The notes beneath the pieces were generated by a model, which saw nothing but the letters and a program-made list of their open reading frames with translations, did not search any database and was not told where the DNA came from. A DNA stretch of 55,667 nt from an uncultured Candidatus Saccharibacteria bacterium (GTDB lineage Bacteria > Patescibacteriota > Minisyncoccia > Phycocordibacterales > GWA1-40-21): positions 1-55,667 of the forward strand of contig CAZSCE010000003.1 of NCBI GenBank assembly GCA_964605355.1, in the 5' to 3' direction. A program made the position numbers and the translations under genes. This document shows positions 42,883 to 52,653 of this stretch, piece after piece. Positions within the stretch are counted from its first letter, which is position 1, and every line of letters begins with the position of its first letter.

Positions 42883-44820
42883 ATGTATGAAGATCCTAAA
42901 AGCAAAATAAGTCAGCTGGAAAAAGTGCTGGATGCCAGGGAAGACCGCGTTTCTAGTAAGGTAAAAAGGCACGAGCTCCATGAGCAGAGTGTTAATGTGA
43001 ATGAGGATTGGGACAACAGCGAGTTTAAAGTGGGCGCAGAAATATCTACCGCAGAAGAGACCCCCGCCAAAATAAGTCCCATATCTTTTAAAATACTAAT
43101 TGGATCTATTATTTTTTTTGTAGTGGCTATTTTGGTAGTAGCTTACAATTTTATTGCTGGCGGTAATATGGTTTCTGGTAATAACATAAACATAACAGTC
43201 AAGGCGCCCATTTCTATTTCTGGGGGGAGCGTGGTTTCTTTTGAGTTGGAAATTAAAAATAATAACAACATTACTTTAGCTGGTGCTGATTTAGGAATAA
43301 CCTTCCCGGTTGGAGCCATGGAGGCTTCAAACACCGCATTGCCTGCCAAAAGAGTCCAGGATTTTATTGGGAATATTTTGCCAGGTCAAACCATAAAGAA
43401 AAATTATTCCATTGTTTTGGTGGGTACGGAAAATGAGAAGAAAGATATAAATATTAATTTGGAATATAAAGTAGCCGGTTCAAATTCTTTTTTTAATAAA
43501 ACTAAGGTGATTTCTATTCTTATTTCTTCCGCGCCTGTAAGTATTGTGGTGACTGGGCCAAATGAGGTTAATACTAATCAAAATGTAGATTTGACCGCGG
43601 AAATAACTTCAAATTCTCCCACAGTAATTAAAAATTTATTATTAAAGGTTGATTATCCTTTTGGTTTTATTTTTGCCAATTCAAATCCAAAAACTTTTTC
43701 AAAAAATAATCTTTGGCTGATTGGTGATCTGGAGCCTGGCGCAAAAAGAGTAATTAAATTTTCAGGCATGCTCAGTGGTCAGGAGGGGGAAGAGCGGGTC
43801 TTTAATTTTAGCCTTGGTTCACAAGCAAAATCTGACAGTTTAACTATTGATGTGCCATATAGTACTTCACTTTCAGCGGTTACTATTAGAAGGCCTTTTG
43901 TCAGCGCTGATCTGTATTTTAATGGGAGTGATTCAACAGATTTTGTTTCAGCTGCTGGATCAAAAATAGAGGCTGTTATTAAGTGGAAAAATAATCTAGC
44001 CTATGAAGTGAACAATGTTTCTATCATGGTTAATATTAATGGTAATACGGTAAATAAGGCAACCATTAGTGCTGATGGTGGATATTATAAATCAATTAAT
44101 AATACAATTACTTTTAATAAAACTACAGATATTACATTAGCCAGTCTAGCGCCGGGTCAAGAAGGGGAAAGTAAGTTTGAGTTTAGTAGTTTTGGGGCGG
44201 GTACGGTTACCGGTTCTGGACTAGTAAACCCTACTATTGTTTTGGATTATTCTGTGTCTGGCCAGCGGGTAGATTTTCAGGCTGGTCAAGAAAATATTTT
44301 ATTTACAGATACTCGTAAAATTAAAATTACTTCTAACCCTAGATTATTTGCCAAGGCCCTGCATTATACCGGACCATTTCAAAATACCGGGCCAATGCCT
44401 CCACGGGCCGAGCAGGAGACCTTTTACACTGTCACATGGACAATTACAAACCCATTAAATAATTTATCTGGGGCTCAGGTTTCTGCTGTTTTACCGCCTT
44501 ATGTTAAATGGCTATCTGCTATTAGCCCAAACAAAGAACAACTGGATTACGACCCCGGGACAGGGAGAATTATTTGGAATGTAGGTGCGGTTTTAGCTGG
44601 CGCAGGGACAGTAACACCAGCCAGGGAGGTGTCATTTCAGATTTCCTTTTTACCGAGCGTTGATCAAATTGGCGAAGCACCTGGACTTGTCAGCGAGGCA
44701 TCCTTAACCGCTAAGGATGCTTATACCGGGACAGCAGTTTCCAGTTTATTTCCAATCCTAAACACTAGGCTGAGTAGTGACCCATATTTTAAAACAGAGG
44801 CTGAAACGGTAATCAGGTAG
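42883..44820 (+). CDS. Large membrane-anchored surface protein with tandem Ig-like beta domains
   Basis: One TM near aa 70-90, then repeated beta-rich modules (W.IGDLEPG, W.VG.V.AG, GP.PP..E.ET.YTVTW). Confidence 0.7.
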   Translation: MYEDPKSKISQLEKVLDAREDRVSSKVKRHELHEQSVNVNEDWDNSEFKVGAEISTAEETPAKISPISFKILIGSIIFFVVAILVVAYNFIAGGNMVSGNNINITVKAPISISGGSVVSFELEIKNNNNITLAGADLGITFPVGAMEASNTALPAKRVQDFIGNILPGQTIKKNYSIVLVGTENEKKDININLEYKVAGSNSFFNKTKVISILISSAPVSIVVTGPNEVNTNQNVDLTAEITSNSPTVIKNLLLKVDYPFGFIFANSNPKTFSKNNLWLIGDLEPGAKRVIKFSGMLSGQEGEERVFNFSLGSQAKSDSLTIDVPYSTSLSAVTIRRPFVSADLYFNGSDSTDFVSAAGSKIEAVIKWKNNLAYEVNNVSIMVNINGNTVNKATISADGGYYKSINNTITFNKTTDITLASLAPGQEGESKFEFSSFGAGTVTGSGLVNPTIVLDYSVSGQRVDFQAGQENILFTDTRKIKITSNPRLFAKALHYTGPFQNTGPMPPRAEQETFYTVTWTITNPLNNLSGAQVSAVLPPYVKWLSAISPNKEQLDYDPGTGRIIWNVGAVLAGAGTVTPAREVSFQISFLPSVDQIGEAPGLVSEASLTAKDAYTGTAVSSLFPILNTRLSSDPYFKTEAETVIR

Positions 44821-44857
44821 TTGTGAAAATATTTTAATTATATATACTGTATTTATT

Positions 44858-46195
44858 ATGAAAGAAAAAAATAAGGCTAATGAATTGATGGAAAAGATAG
44901 TATCCCTCTGTAAAAGAAGGGGATTTGTTTTTCAGGGTTCAGAGATATACGGTGGCCTGGCTGGTACTTGGGATTATGGTCCATTAGGAGTAACTCTCAA
45001 AAATAACCTAAGGGATTTATGGTGGAAAAAGTTTGTCACTGATCGGGAAGATATGTATGGGGTAGATGCCGCTATATTGATGAATCAAAAAGTTTGGCAG
45101 GCCACCGGACATGTGGGTGGTTTTTCTGATCCACTAGCCGAGTGTGAAAAATGTAAAAAAAGGTTTAGGACTGATCAGTTAGAAAACAAAGAAAAATGTC
45201 CGGATTGTGGTGGCAAAATGGGTGAGGAGAGACAGTTTAATATGTTATTTAAAACGAATGTTGGTTCCATTGAGGATGATACGTCCATCTCTTATTTACG
45301 TCCCGAGACTGCCCAGGGAATGTTTGTAAATTATAAAAACATTATTGACTCATTTCATCCTAAATTACCGTTTGGTATGGCCCAGATAGGTAAGGCTTTT
45401 AGAAATGAAATTGCGCCCAGGGATTTTACTTTCCGCTCACGTGAATTTGAACAAATGGAGATTGAATATTTAATCAAGCCTGATATGTGGCAGGATACTT
45501 TTGAGCACTTTCGCCAGGAGATGCTGGATTGGACCAAGATGATTGGCTTGAAAGAAGGTGGCGTGCATGAACTTGAAGTGGCTGACGCGGATAGGGCTTT
45601 TTATTCTAAACGAACTATTGATTTTGAATTTGATTTTCCTTTTGGCCGTAAAGAGCTTTATGGTCTGGCTTATCGTACAGATTATGATTTAGATAGGCAT
45701 GGCAAAGCTAGCACGGTGGATTTAATTTATATTGATGAGGAAGAGATTGATCCAGTTAAGAGAAAAATAATTCCACACTGTATTGAACCTTCATTTGGTT
45801 TAGACAGGACCGTTTTGGCTGTTTTATCTAGTGCATATACTGAGGATGAGATGAATGGAGAAGTACGTTCGTATTTAAAATTTACCCCAAAGGTGGCGCC
45901 AGTAAAAGTAGCAGTTTTTCCTTTGATGAAAAATAAGGAATTATTGATTAATAAAGCCAAGGAAGTTTATGGAGAGTTAAAAAATAAGTTTGGGGCAGTG
46001 ATGTTTGACGATAACGGTAATGTGGGGAAGAGGTACCGCCGTCAGGATGAAATTGGTACTCCTTATTGTGTGACTGTAGACTTTGACACCATTGAGAAAG
46101 ACGATACTGTAACGGTCAGAGATAGGGATTCCGGTAAACAGGAAAGGGTGGCCATAAAAGAATTAATAGATTATTTAAAAACCAAATTAAACTAA
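44858..46195 (+). CDS. glyQS: Glycine--tRNA ligase (homodimeric alpha2 type)
   Basis: SLCKRRGF, YLRPETAQG, FRNEI.PR, REFEQME, IEPSFG, GKRYRRQDEIGTP. Confidence 0.97.
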   Translation: MKEKNKANELMEKIVSLCKRRGFVFQGSEIYGGLAGTWDYGPLGVTLKNNLRDLWWKKFVTDREDMYGVDAAILMNQKVWQATGHVGGFSDPLAECEKCKKRFRTDQLENKEKCPDCGGKMGEERQFNMLFKTNVGSIEDDTSISYLRPETAQGMFVNYKNIIDSFHPKLPFGMAQIGKAFRNEIAPRDFTFRSREFEQMEIEYLIKPDMWQDTFEHFRQEMLDWTKMIGLKEGGVHELEVADADRAFYSKRTIDFEFDFPFGRKELYGLAYRTDYDLDRHGKASTVDLIYIDEEEIDPVKRKIIPHCIEPSFGLDRTVLAVLSSAYTEDEMNGEVRSYLKFTPKVAPVKVAVFPLMKNKELLINKAKEVYGELKNKFGAVMFDDNGNVGKRYRRQDEIGTPYCVTVDFDTIEKDDTVTVRDRDSGKQERVAIKELIDYLKTKLN

Positions 46196-46222
46196 TTACT
46201 AATTTTGTGCTAGTGTAGAAAT

Positions 46223-47491
46223 ATGAAATGTAAACGGACTGTTTTAAATAATGGACTCAGAATAATCACGGTGCCTATGAAGGATAACCCCACCGTTACG
46301 GTTTTTGTGCTGGTAGAGGCCGGCTCAAAATATGAGACCAAGGATAAAAACGGCATCTCACACTTCCTAGAGCATATGTGCTTTAAAGGCACCACCAAGA
46401 GGCCGTCAAACGCTAATATTAGCATAGAATTAGATAGTTTAGGTTCGGTTTACAATGCTTTTACTTCACAGGAATATACCGGTTATTATGCTAAGGCAGA
46501 ATATAATCATTTAGATAAGATATTGGATATTGTGTCAGATATGTATTTAAATCCTCTTTTTAATCAAAAAGAAATAGAAAAAGAAAAAGGGGTGATTGTA
46601 GAGGAGATAAATATGTATGAGGATTTACCACAAGCCAAGGTTCAAAATTTAATTACAGAATTAGTTTACGGTGACCAGCCAGCTGGCTGGGATATTACTG
46701 GGCCAAAGGAAAATATTAAAAATATGAGCCGGGAGGATTTTATAAACTATCGTAAGAAATTTTATACCAGTGCCGGGACCACGGTGGTGATTACTGGAAA
46801 TATTAATGAAAAAAAAGCTATTCAGAATGTGAAGAAGGCTTTTTCTGCTATGCCTAAACAAAAGAAAGGGACCAAGAAAAAAGTTACTGAGGGGCAAATA
46901 AAACCCGCGGTGAGTTTATTTAAAAAAGAAACAGATCAAACCCACCTGGTTTTGGCGGTGAGGACTTTTGATATTTATAATAAAAAAGGGAGAGTGATGA
47001 AAGTACTTGACGGTATTTTGGATGCTGGGATGAGTTCACGTTTGTTTAAAAAATTAAGGGATGAAATGGGTGTTTGTTATTATGTTAGTGCTGGTCAGGA
47101 CGCTCTTACTGATCATGGTTTGTATACTATTTCTGCCGGAGTGGATTCTAGCCGGGTGAAGGAGGTAATAACCGTTATTTTAGGAGAGCTAAATAAATTA
47201 AAAACAGAACTAGTTTCTGTGGAAGAATTAAAAAAAGTTAAGCAGAATATAATTGGAACTATGTATCTAGGTTTGGAATCTTCAGACTCCCTGGCTAAAT
47301 TTTATGGTGGCCAGGAGATTATGAATAAAAAAATTAAAACTCCGGCAGAAATAAAGAAGGATATTGAATCAGTGACCGCAAAGGAGATAATGACTCTGGC
47401 GCGGGAGATATTTATAGATAGGGGCCTAAATCTGGCTATTGTGGGGCGTTTTGAGGATAAGGCGGAGTTTGAAGCAGTCCTTAAATTTTAA
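46223..47491 (+). CDS. M16 family (pitrilysin-like) zinc peptidase
   Basis: GISHFLEHMCFKGT (HxxEH), NAFTS.E.T.Y, MSSRLF..LR. Confidence 0.95.
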   Translation: MKCKRTVLNNGLRIITVPMKDNPTVTVFVLVEAGSKYETKDKNGISHFLEHMCFKGTTKRPSNANISIELDSLGSVYNAFTSQEYTGYYAKAEYNHLDKILDIVSDMYLNPLFNQKEIEKEKGVIVEEINMYEDLPQAKVQNLITELVYGDQPAGWDITGPKENIKNMSREDFINYRKKFYTSAGTTVVITGNINEKKAIQNVKKAFSAMPKQKKGTKKKVTEGQIKPAVSLFKKETDQTHLVLAVRTFDIYNKKGRVMKVLDGILDAGMSSRLFKKLRDEMGVCYYVSAGQDALTDHGLYTISAGVDSSRVKEVITVILGELNKLKTELVSVEELKKVKQNIIGTMYLGLESSDSLAKFYGGQEIMNKKIKTPAEIKKDIESVTAKEIMTLAREIFIDRGLNLAIVGRFEDKAEFEAVLKF

Positions 47492-47544
47492 CTTGTAATG
47501 CGTAGCTTCTTTATAAAAGTGCCGTGGTATGATATTATACCTAT

Positions 47545-48690
47545 ATGGATAAGCCAGAAAAAAACTTCAATATTAACATTAGTTCCGGGGTTATTATAAA
47601 AACTTTGGTGGTTCTCTTGGTTGCTTTTTTGTTATATAAAATGCTTGATCTAGTCTTGGTGGTTATGACAGCGGTGATAATTGCTTCTGCCATTGAGCCC
47701 CTGATTAATTGGTTTGCTAAATATAAGGTAAAGAGAGTTTTTGCCGTTATTATTACCTATCTCTGTATCGTGATAGTTTTTTCCAGTTTATTGTATTTCT
47801 TTGTCCCACCGGTTTTAGATGAAGCTTCAGATTTATTAAGTAATGCCCCTAAATATTTAGATTCTGTTACTCTGTGGAATCCTCTAAATGATGGTAAGTT
47901 AGTGGAGACCGGTAAAATAGCCGGTAGCTTATCTGACGGTCTTAATGGTGGCAAGAAAATTATTGGTGATTTATCATCCGGAGCTGTAAATACTTCTGTT
48001 TTGTCTGACCTGATCTCAAGGTTTCAAAGTATAACCTCAAACGCTTCTGAGAGCGTGATCAGTATTGCCAGCAATATATTTGGAGGTGTCTTCTCTTTTA
48101 TTTTGATTATCGTTTTATCTTTTTATTTGGCAGTGCAAGAGGCGGGAGTGGAAAAGTTCCTAAAAATTATTACCCCTTTAAAGCATGAAAATTACATTTT
48201 GGGTTTGTGGAAGAGGTCACAAAAGAAGATTGGTTATTGGATGCAAGGTCAGTTATTGCTGGCTGTGTTGGTGGGCGTCCTAGTTTATTTGGGACTTATG
48301 ATTTTGGGTGTTAAAAATGCTTTAATCCTTGCTGTTTTTGCGGCGGCTTTTGAGATTATTCCTTTATTTGGGCCTATTATTGCGGCCATTCCTGCTATTT
48401 TAACCGGCTTTGCTGGCGGGGGACTCTCTATGGGCCTTATTGTTCTTGGTCTATTTGTTATTATTCAGCAATTTGAAAATCATTTGATTTACCCACTTGT
48501 GGTAAAGAAAGTGGTGGGCATTTCGCCTATTTTAGTTATCATTGCCCTTATTGTGGGTGCTAAACTAGCGGGCTTTTTAGGTATAATTCTCTCAGCACCA
48601 CTAGCCTCTATTTTGATGGAATATATTGATGATGTACAAAAAGACAAACATTTCCTTGAAGACAAGATAACTCCAAATATTTCTGTTTAG
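47545..48690 (+). CDS. AI-2E family transporter
   Basis: Multiple TMs; IP.FGP, QQFENHLIYP.V, GFLGIILS.P. Confidence 0.92.
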   Translation: MDKPEKNFNINISSGVIIKTLVVLLVAFLLYKMLDLVLVVMTAVIIASAIEPLINWFAKYKVKRVFAVIITYLCIVIVFSSLLYFFVPPVLDEASDLLSNAPKYLDSVTLWNPLNDGKLVETGKIAGSLSDGLNGGKKIIGDLSSGAVNTSVLSDLISRFQSITSNASESVISIASNIFGGVFSFILIIVLSFYLAVQEAGVEKFLKIITPLKHENYILGLWKRSQKKIGYWMQGQLLLAVLVGVLVYLGLMILGVKNALILAVFAAAFEIIPLFGPIIAAIPAILTGFAGGGLSMGLIVLGLFVIIQQFENHLIYPLVVKKVVGISPILVIIALIVGAKLAGFLGIILSAPLASILMEYIDDVQKDKHFLEDKITPNISV

Positions 48691-48702
48691 TTTATTTTTT
48701 CC

Positions 48703-50157
48703 ATGCCTAAAAATTTTTACATTACCACCACGCTACCATATGTGAATGCGGAACCCCATATGGGTCATGCTTTGGAAATGGTGCGAGCAGATGTTATTGC
48801 CCGGTATAAAAAACTCCTGGGTTATGAAGTATATTTTAATACCGGCACAGATGAGCACGGCCAAAAGATATTTCAAAAATCGGTTGAGGCGGGTAAAACC
48901 CCAAAAGAGTATGCTGATTTTTATGCCAAAAAGTTTCAGGAATTATTAATTTTACTTGGAGTGACGGAGACGGAGGGAATTACCAGAAATTTTATTCGTA
49001 CCACAGATGAGCATCATATTAAATCTGCCCAGGCGTTTTGGAAACTGTGTGATAAAAATGGCTATATTTATAAAAAAAATTATCAGATAAAATACTGTGT
49101 TGGTTGTGAATTAGAAAAGACTGATTCTGATTTGGTTGATGGTAAATGCCCGGATCACCCTAATAGGGAATTAGAGCTGCGGGATGAGGAAAATTACTTT
49201 TTTAAATTTTCGGAATTTCAAAAACCCCTTTTAGATTTGTACAAGAAGAATCCAAATTTCGTTATTCCGGAATCACGCTTTCATGAAATTAGTAATTTTG
49301 TGGAGGCCGGCCTAACAGACTTTAGTATTTCTAGGTTAAAGGAAAAAATGCCATGGGGGATAGAAGTACCGGGAGATGAGAAACAAGTAATGTATGTTTG
49401 GTTTGATGCCTTGGAGAATTATATATCAGCTATTGGCTGGCCAGATAATATGGAGAAATTTGATAAGTGGCAAGTAGAAACGGGAGGGATGGTCCAGTAC
49501 TGTGGTAAAGATAATTTACGCCAGCAAACCGCCATGTGGCAGGCCATGCTGATGGCGGCTGGGTTACCAAATTCTAAAACGGTAATAATAGATGGCTTTG
49601 TGACTGGTGCCGGTGGGGTAAAAATGAGTAAATCTTTAGGTAATGGTATTGATCCAGTGGAGCTTATAGCGGAATACGGCACGGATGCTATGCGCTATTA
49701 TGTGACCAGGGAACTCTCTCCATTTGAAGATAGCCCCATGACCAAGGAAATGTTTAAAGAGGCTTATAATGCTAATCTCGCCAATGGTTTAGGTAACCTC
49801 ACCTCCCGGGTAATGAAAATGGCGGAGACAAATTTGAGTGAACCCGTAACTGTACCAAAAAAAAGCATTCCCACGGAATTTTTTGATTTCTTGGAAAAAT
49901 TTGAAATTCAAAAAGCTATAGATTTTATTTGGCAGAAAATAGCCGAGGCTGATAAAATGATCCAAGAAACTGCACCATTTAAATTAGTAAAGACAGATAA
50001 AGAGAAAGGAATAGAAATAATAAAAGATTTAGTGATTAAGCTTTATACCATTGGCCGAATGCTAAATCCAATTATGCCTGAGACTTCAGAAAAAATATTA
50101 AAATTAATTAAGGAAAACAAAAGTCCCGAAGCCCCACTATTTTTAAGGAAAGATTAG
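48703..50157 (+). CDS. metG: Methionine--tRNA ligase (short form, no C-terminal OB domain)
   Basis: YITTTLPYVNA.PHMGH, GTDEHG.KI, YVWFDAL, KMSKSLGN. Confidence 0.97.
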   Translation: MPKNFYITTTLPYVNAEPHMGHALEMVRADVIARYKKLLGYEVYFNTGTDEHGQKIFQKSVEAGKTPKEYADFYAKKFQELLILLGVTETEGITRNFIRTTDEHHIKSAQAFWKLCDKNGYIYKKNYQIKYCVGCELEKTDSDLVDGKCPDHPNRELELRDEENYFFKFSEFQKPLLDLYKKNPNFVIPESRFHEISNFVEAGLTDFSISRLKEKMPWGIEVPGDEKQVMYVWFDALENYISAIGWPDNMEKFDKWQVETGGMVQYCGKDNLRQQTAMWQAMLMAAGLPNSKTVIIDGFVTGAGGVKMSKSLGNGIDPVELIAEYGTDAMRYYVTRELSPFEDSPMTKEMFKEAYNANLANGLGNLTSRVMKMAETNLSEPVTVPKKSIPTEFFDFLEKFEIQKAIDFIWQKIAEADKMIQETAPFKLVKTDKEKGIEIIKDLVIKLYTIGRMLNPIMPETSEKILKLIKENKSPEAPLFLRKD

Positions 50158-50309
50158 ACAACCGCCCCGTCCATCAGAATGTTCACCCCGCCTTAACCAA
50201 GGCGGGGAAAGGGGACTTTTAGATTACTTACGGTAGCTAAAGAGCTAGCTCCGCTTTCTCCTCCTTAGTCAAGGAGGAGTGGCGAAGCTTTGTGAGCCGA
50301 GGTGGTTGT
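50158..50309. repeat. Family A element, full copy
   Basis: ACAACCGCCCCGTCC...CCCCGCCTT-N-AAGGCGGGG...CTCCTCCTT-N-AAGGAGGAG...GAGGTGGTTGT. Confidence 0.85.
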
Positions 50310-50324
50310 GTTACTATTAATCCT

Positions 50325-51131
50325 ATGAAATACATTGATATTCATTCACATCTGGGCTTTGAGGACTATGGTGCAGATAAAAATGAGGTTATAAGCCGGA
50401 TGAAAGAAAATGGGGTGGGGACTATTGCCATAGGGGCGGATTTAGCTAGCTCTATTGACGCCGTAAAAGTGGCAACTGAACATGAAAACATCTGGGCCTG
50501 TATTGGTATGCATCCAAATCATAATTTAACCGAAAATTTTGATGAGAAAAATTATGAAGAGCTAATTAAAAATCCCAAAGTGGTGGCGGTGGGTGAGTGT
50601 GGTTTGGAATATTATAAGTTAGTTGGATCTCCAGAAGAAATAGAAAAAATTAAAGCCAAACAAAAAGCTGATTTTATTAAACAAATAAATTTCGCCCTTA
50701 AGTATAACAAAGCCCTGATGCTTCATATTCGTGATGGGGAAGTGAAAGGTGGAGCTTTTAATGACGCTTATGAAATTTTAAATAAGATCAAGCAAGAACA
50801 AGGTTTAACCTTGTTCCGGGGGGATGTGCACTTTTTTACTGGTAAATTAGAAATGGCGCAGAAATTTATTGATTTAGGTTTTACAATTTCCTTTGTGGGG
50901 CTTATTACCTACGTTCATGACTTTGATAAAATCATTAAAAACGTGCTCCTAGAGAGCCTCCAGGCGGAAACCGATGCCCCTTATGTGTCACCGGTGCCGC
51001 ATCGTGGTGAGCGCAATGAACCATCCTATGTTACTCACGTCTACCAAAAAATCGCGGAAATCCGCGGTGAAGACCCCGAATTCGTCCGCCTCCAACTTCT
51101 AGAAAATGCCAAAAGAGTATTTGGAATTTAA
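50325..51131 (+). CDS. TatD family deoxyribonuclease
   Basis: IDIHSHL, G.HP, VGECGL, H.R, ETDAPY..P...RG.RNEP; start at ATG 50325. Confidence 0.95.
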   Translation: MKYIDIHSHLGFEDYGADKNEVISRMKENGVGTIAIGADLASSIDAVKVATEHENIWACIGMHPNHNLTENFDEKNYEELIKNPKVVAVGECGLEYYKLVGSPEEIEKIKAKQKADFIKQINFALKYNKALMLHIRDGEVKGGAFNDAYEILNKIKQEQGLTLFRGDVHFFTGKLEMAQKFIDLGFTISFVGLITYVHDFDKIIKNVLLESLQAETDAPYVSPVPHRGERNEPSYVTHVYQKIAEIRGEDPEFVRLQLLENAKRVFGI

Positions 51132-51133
51132 GT

Positions 51134-51898
51134 TTATTTCTCTCCCTCCCAAATATTTTTAAACATTTCTCGCATATTGTGGGCGAGGGTAGCGTCATGA
51201 ATCTGCACTAGATAATGTGGGTGCTGATTAGTAACCACCATTACCAAATAATCTCCGTTAACCCAGGTGGTGGCGGTAAAATTGTTACTATTTTTCCAGA
51301 ATTTAATTTGTCTACGTTCATAACCCTTCTTGGCCACCAGTTGTTCATCCGCTGTATCGTTTGAGAGTAGCTTTAGTTTTAAATCTTTTGGTGCGCTTTC
51401 TTTCCAAAACCAATCAATCCATTTTTGATAATAAAGAACAAAGGTTGGGTCCTGAAAACCCCACCAGGTCTTGTCCTTACTCATAGCACTATTGTTCCAC
51501 TCTGGAGTCTGTTTGTATAAAAAGTTTTCAATATCTTCCTCATAAATAAAACTGATTTTGGGAATAGAGTATTTGGTATTTTTAGTAAAATTTTGTAATT
51601 CAGCCGTGACTTGGTTTATTAATATTTTTTTAGACTCTAAATCACGCTCTTCCTTTCTGGCTAAATTTTTCAGATCTTCTGGGGGTAGGGCAACGAGGTA
51701 GCTTTTTGGCCCGGCAATATCCTCGGCAATCACGCCTTTCTCCAAAAGCTCTTTGGCAATGCTATAAACTGTCGTTCTATTAATGCCGGTTAATAAGGCA
51801 ATATTGGCTGGGGTAGTTTTACCTTGTTCTAGCACGGCTAAATAAACTTCTATTTCTTTTTCCGCGAAATCTAATTGTTTTAATGATTCTTTTATCAT
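51134..51898 (-). CDS. TrmB family transcriptional regulator
   Basis: E..VYLA.L..G......IA..TGINRTTVY.....L.EKG wHTH plus C-terminal effector domain ending F..IW. Confidence 0.85.
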   Translation of the reverse strand: MIKESLKQLDFAEKEIEVYLAVLEQGKTTPANIALLTGINRTTVYSIAKELLEKGVIAEDIAGPKSYLVALPPEDLKNLARKEERDLESKKILINQVTAELQNFTKNTKYSIPKISFIYEEDIENFLYKQTPEWNNSAMSKDKTWWGFQDPTFVLYYQKWIDWFWKESAPKDLKLKLLSNDTADEQLVAKKGYERRQIKFWKNSNNFTATTWVNGDYLVMVVTNQHPHYLVQIHDATLAHNMREMFKNIWEGEK

Positions 51899-51998
51899 AG
51901 GGGTATCTTAGCATAGTTGTTATAATTCTGTCAACAGTATTTTATCTTTATATAATATAGCTATTATTGTAAAATAAGGCTATTTTGTTGAAATATTA

Positions 51999-52027
51999 TT
52001 GACAAAGCCTATAAAAAGGTATATACT
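51999..52027 (+). promoter_or_regulatory. sigma70-type promoter divergent from the trmB-like gene
   Basis: TTGACA-N17-TATACT. Confidence 0.75.
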
Positions 52028-52079
52028 TATATCAGTTAGAAAATTTAACAGAAGAAGTTCATTCACAAAGGAGCTAGAA

Positions 52080-52487
52080 ATGACAACGTTATTTGAAATT
52101 CAGAGTGCGATGATCGGCCATGAGATTACCGTCGACATCGGTTCGTCAGTCCGTAAGGGGATCATTACTTCTATTCGAGAGGTGGTTCTCGGTCTCACTA
52201 CCAAGCGTTTTGTTTTGACGATTGGTGGCGGTAACGGACTGGAGTCCTGCGGGATGACCGAATTCAGCAGCGGCATCAATTTCTATAGTGCCGTCGTCGA
52301 TGGGGTCAATCGGGATATAGGTACCCCTTCGGTGGGAGTTGACCGTGTTGCCGAGATTCAAATTCCCGCGAGAGAGGTTCAGCTCAAGTCGTCTGCTCCG
52401 GTTCGCGAGAGGCGCTTCCTCTCGGTAGTGTATCAAGCCATTGTTATGGCAATCGAATCGAGAAGGTGCAAGTGTCGCCAAAACTAA
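52080..52487 (+). CDS. Orphan hypothetical protein
   Basis: SD AAGGAG, ATG 52080, higher GC, hairpin at 52491-52519. Confidence 0.55.
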   Translation: MTTLFEIQSAMIGHEITVDIGSSVRKGIITSIREVVLGLTTKRFVLTIGGGNGLESCGMTEFSSGINFYSAVVDGVNRDIGTPSVGVDRVAEIQIPAREVQLKSSAPVRERRFLSVVYQAIVMAIESRRCKCRQN

Positions 52488-52653
52488 AAATGGCGGATGT
52501 GTTCAATCCACATCTGCCACCTGTCCAAGAATATGTTTTCTTGCTGATGAGCTCAAAAGAGCGAAACAGTTTATTAGAATAGATTTGTAGCCAGGTTGTG
52601 ATATAATAGTGAGAAGTTTTATAAAAAAATAAAGTTCTAATTTTAGAAAAAAT

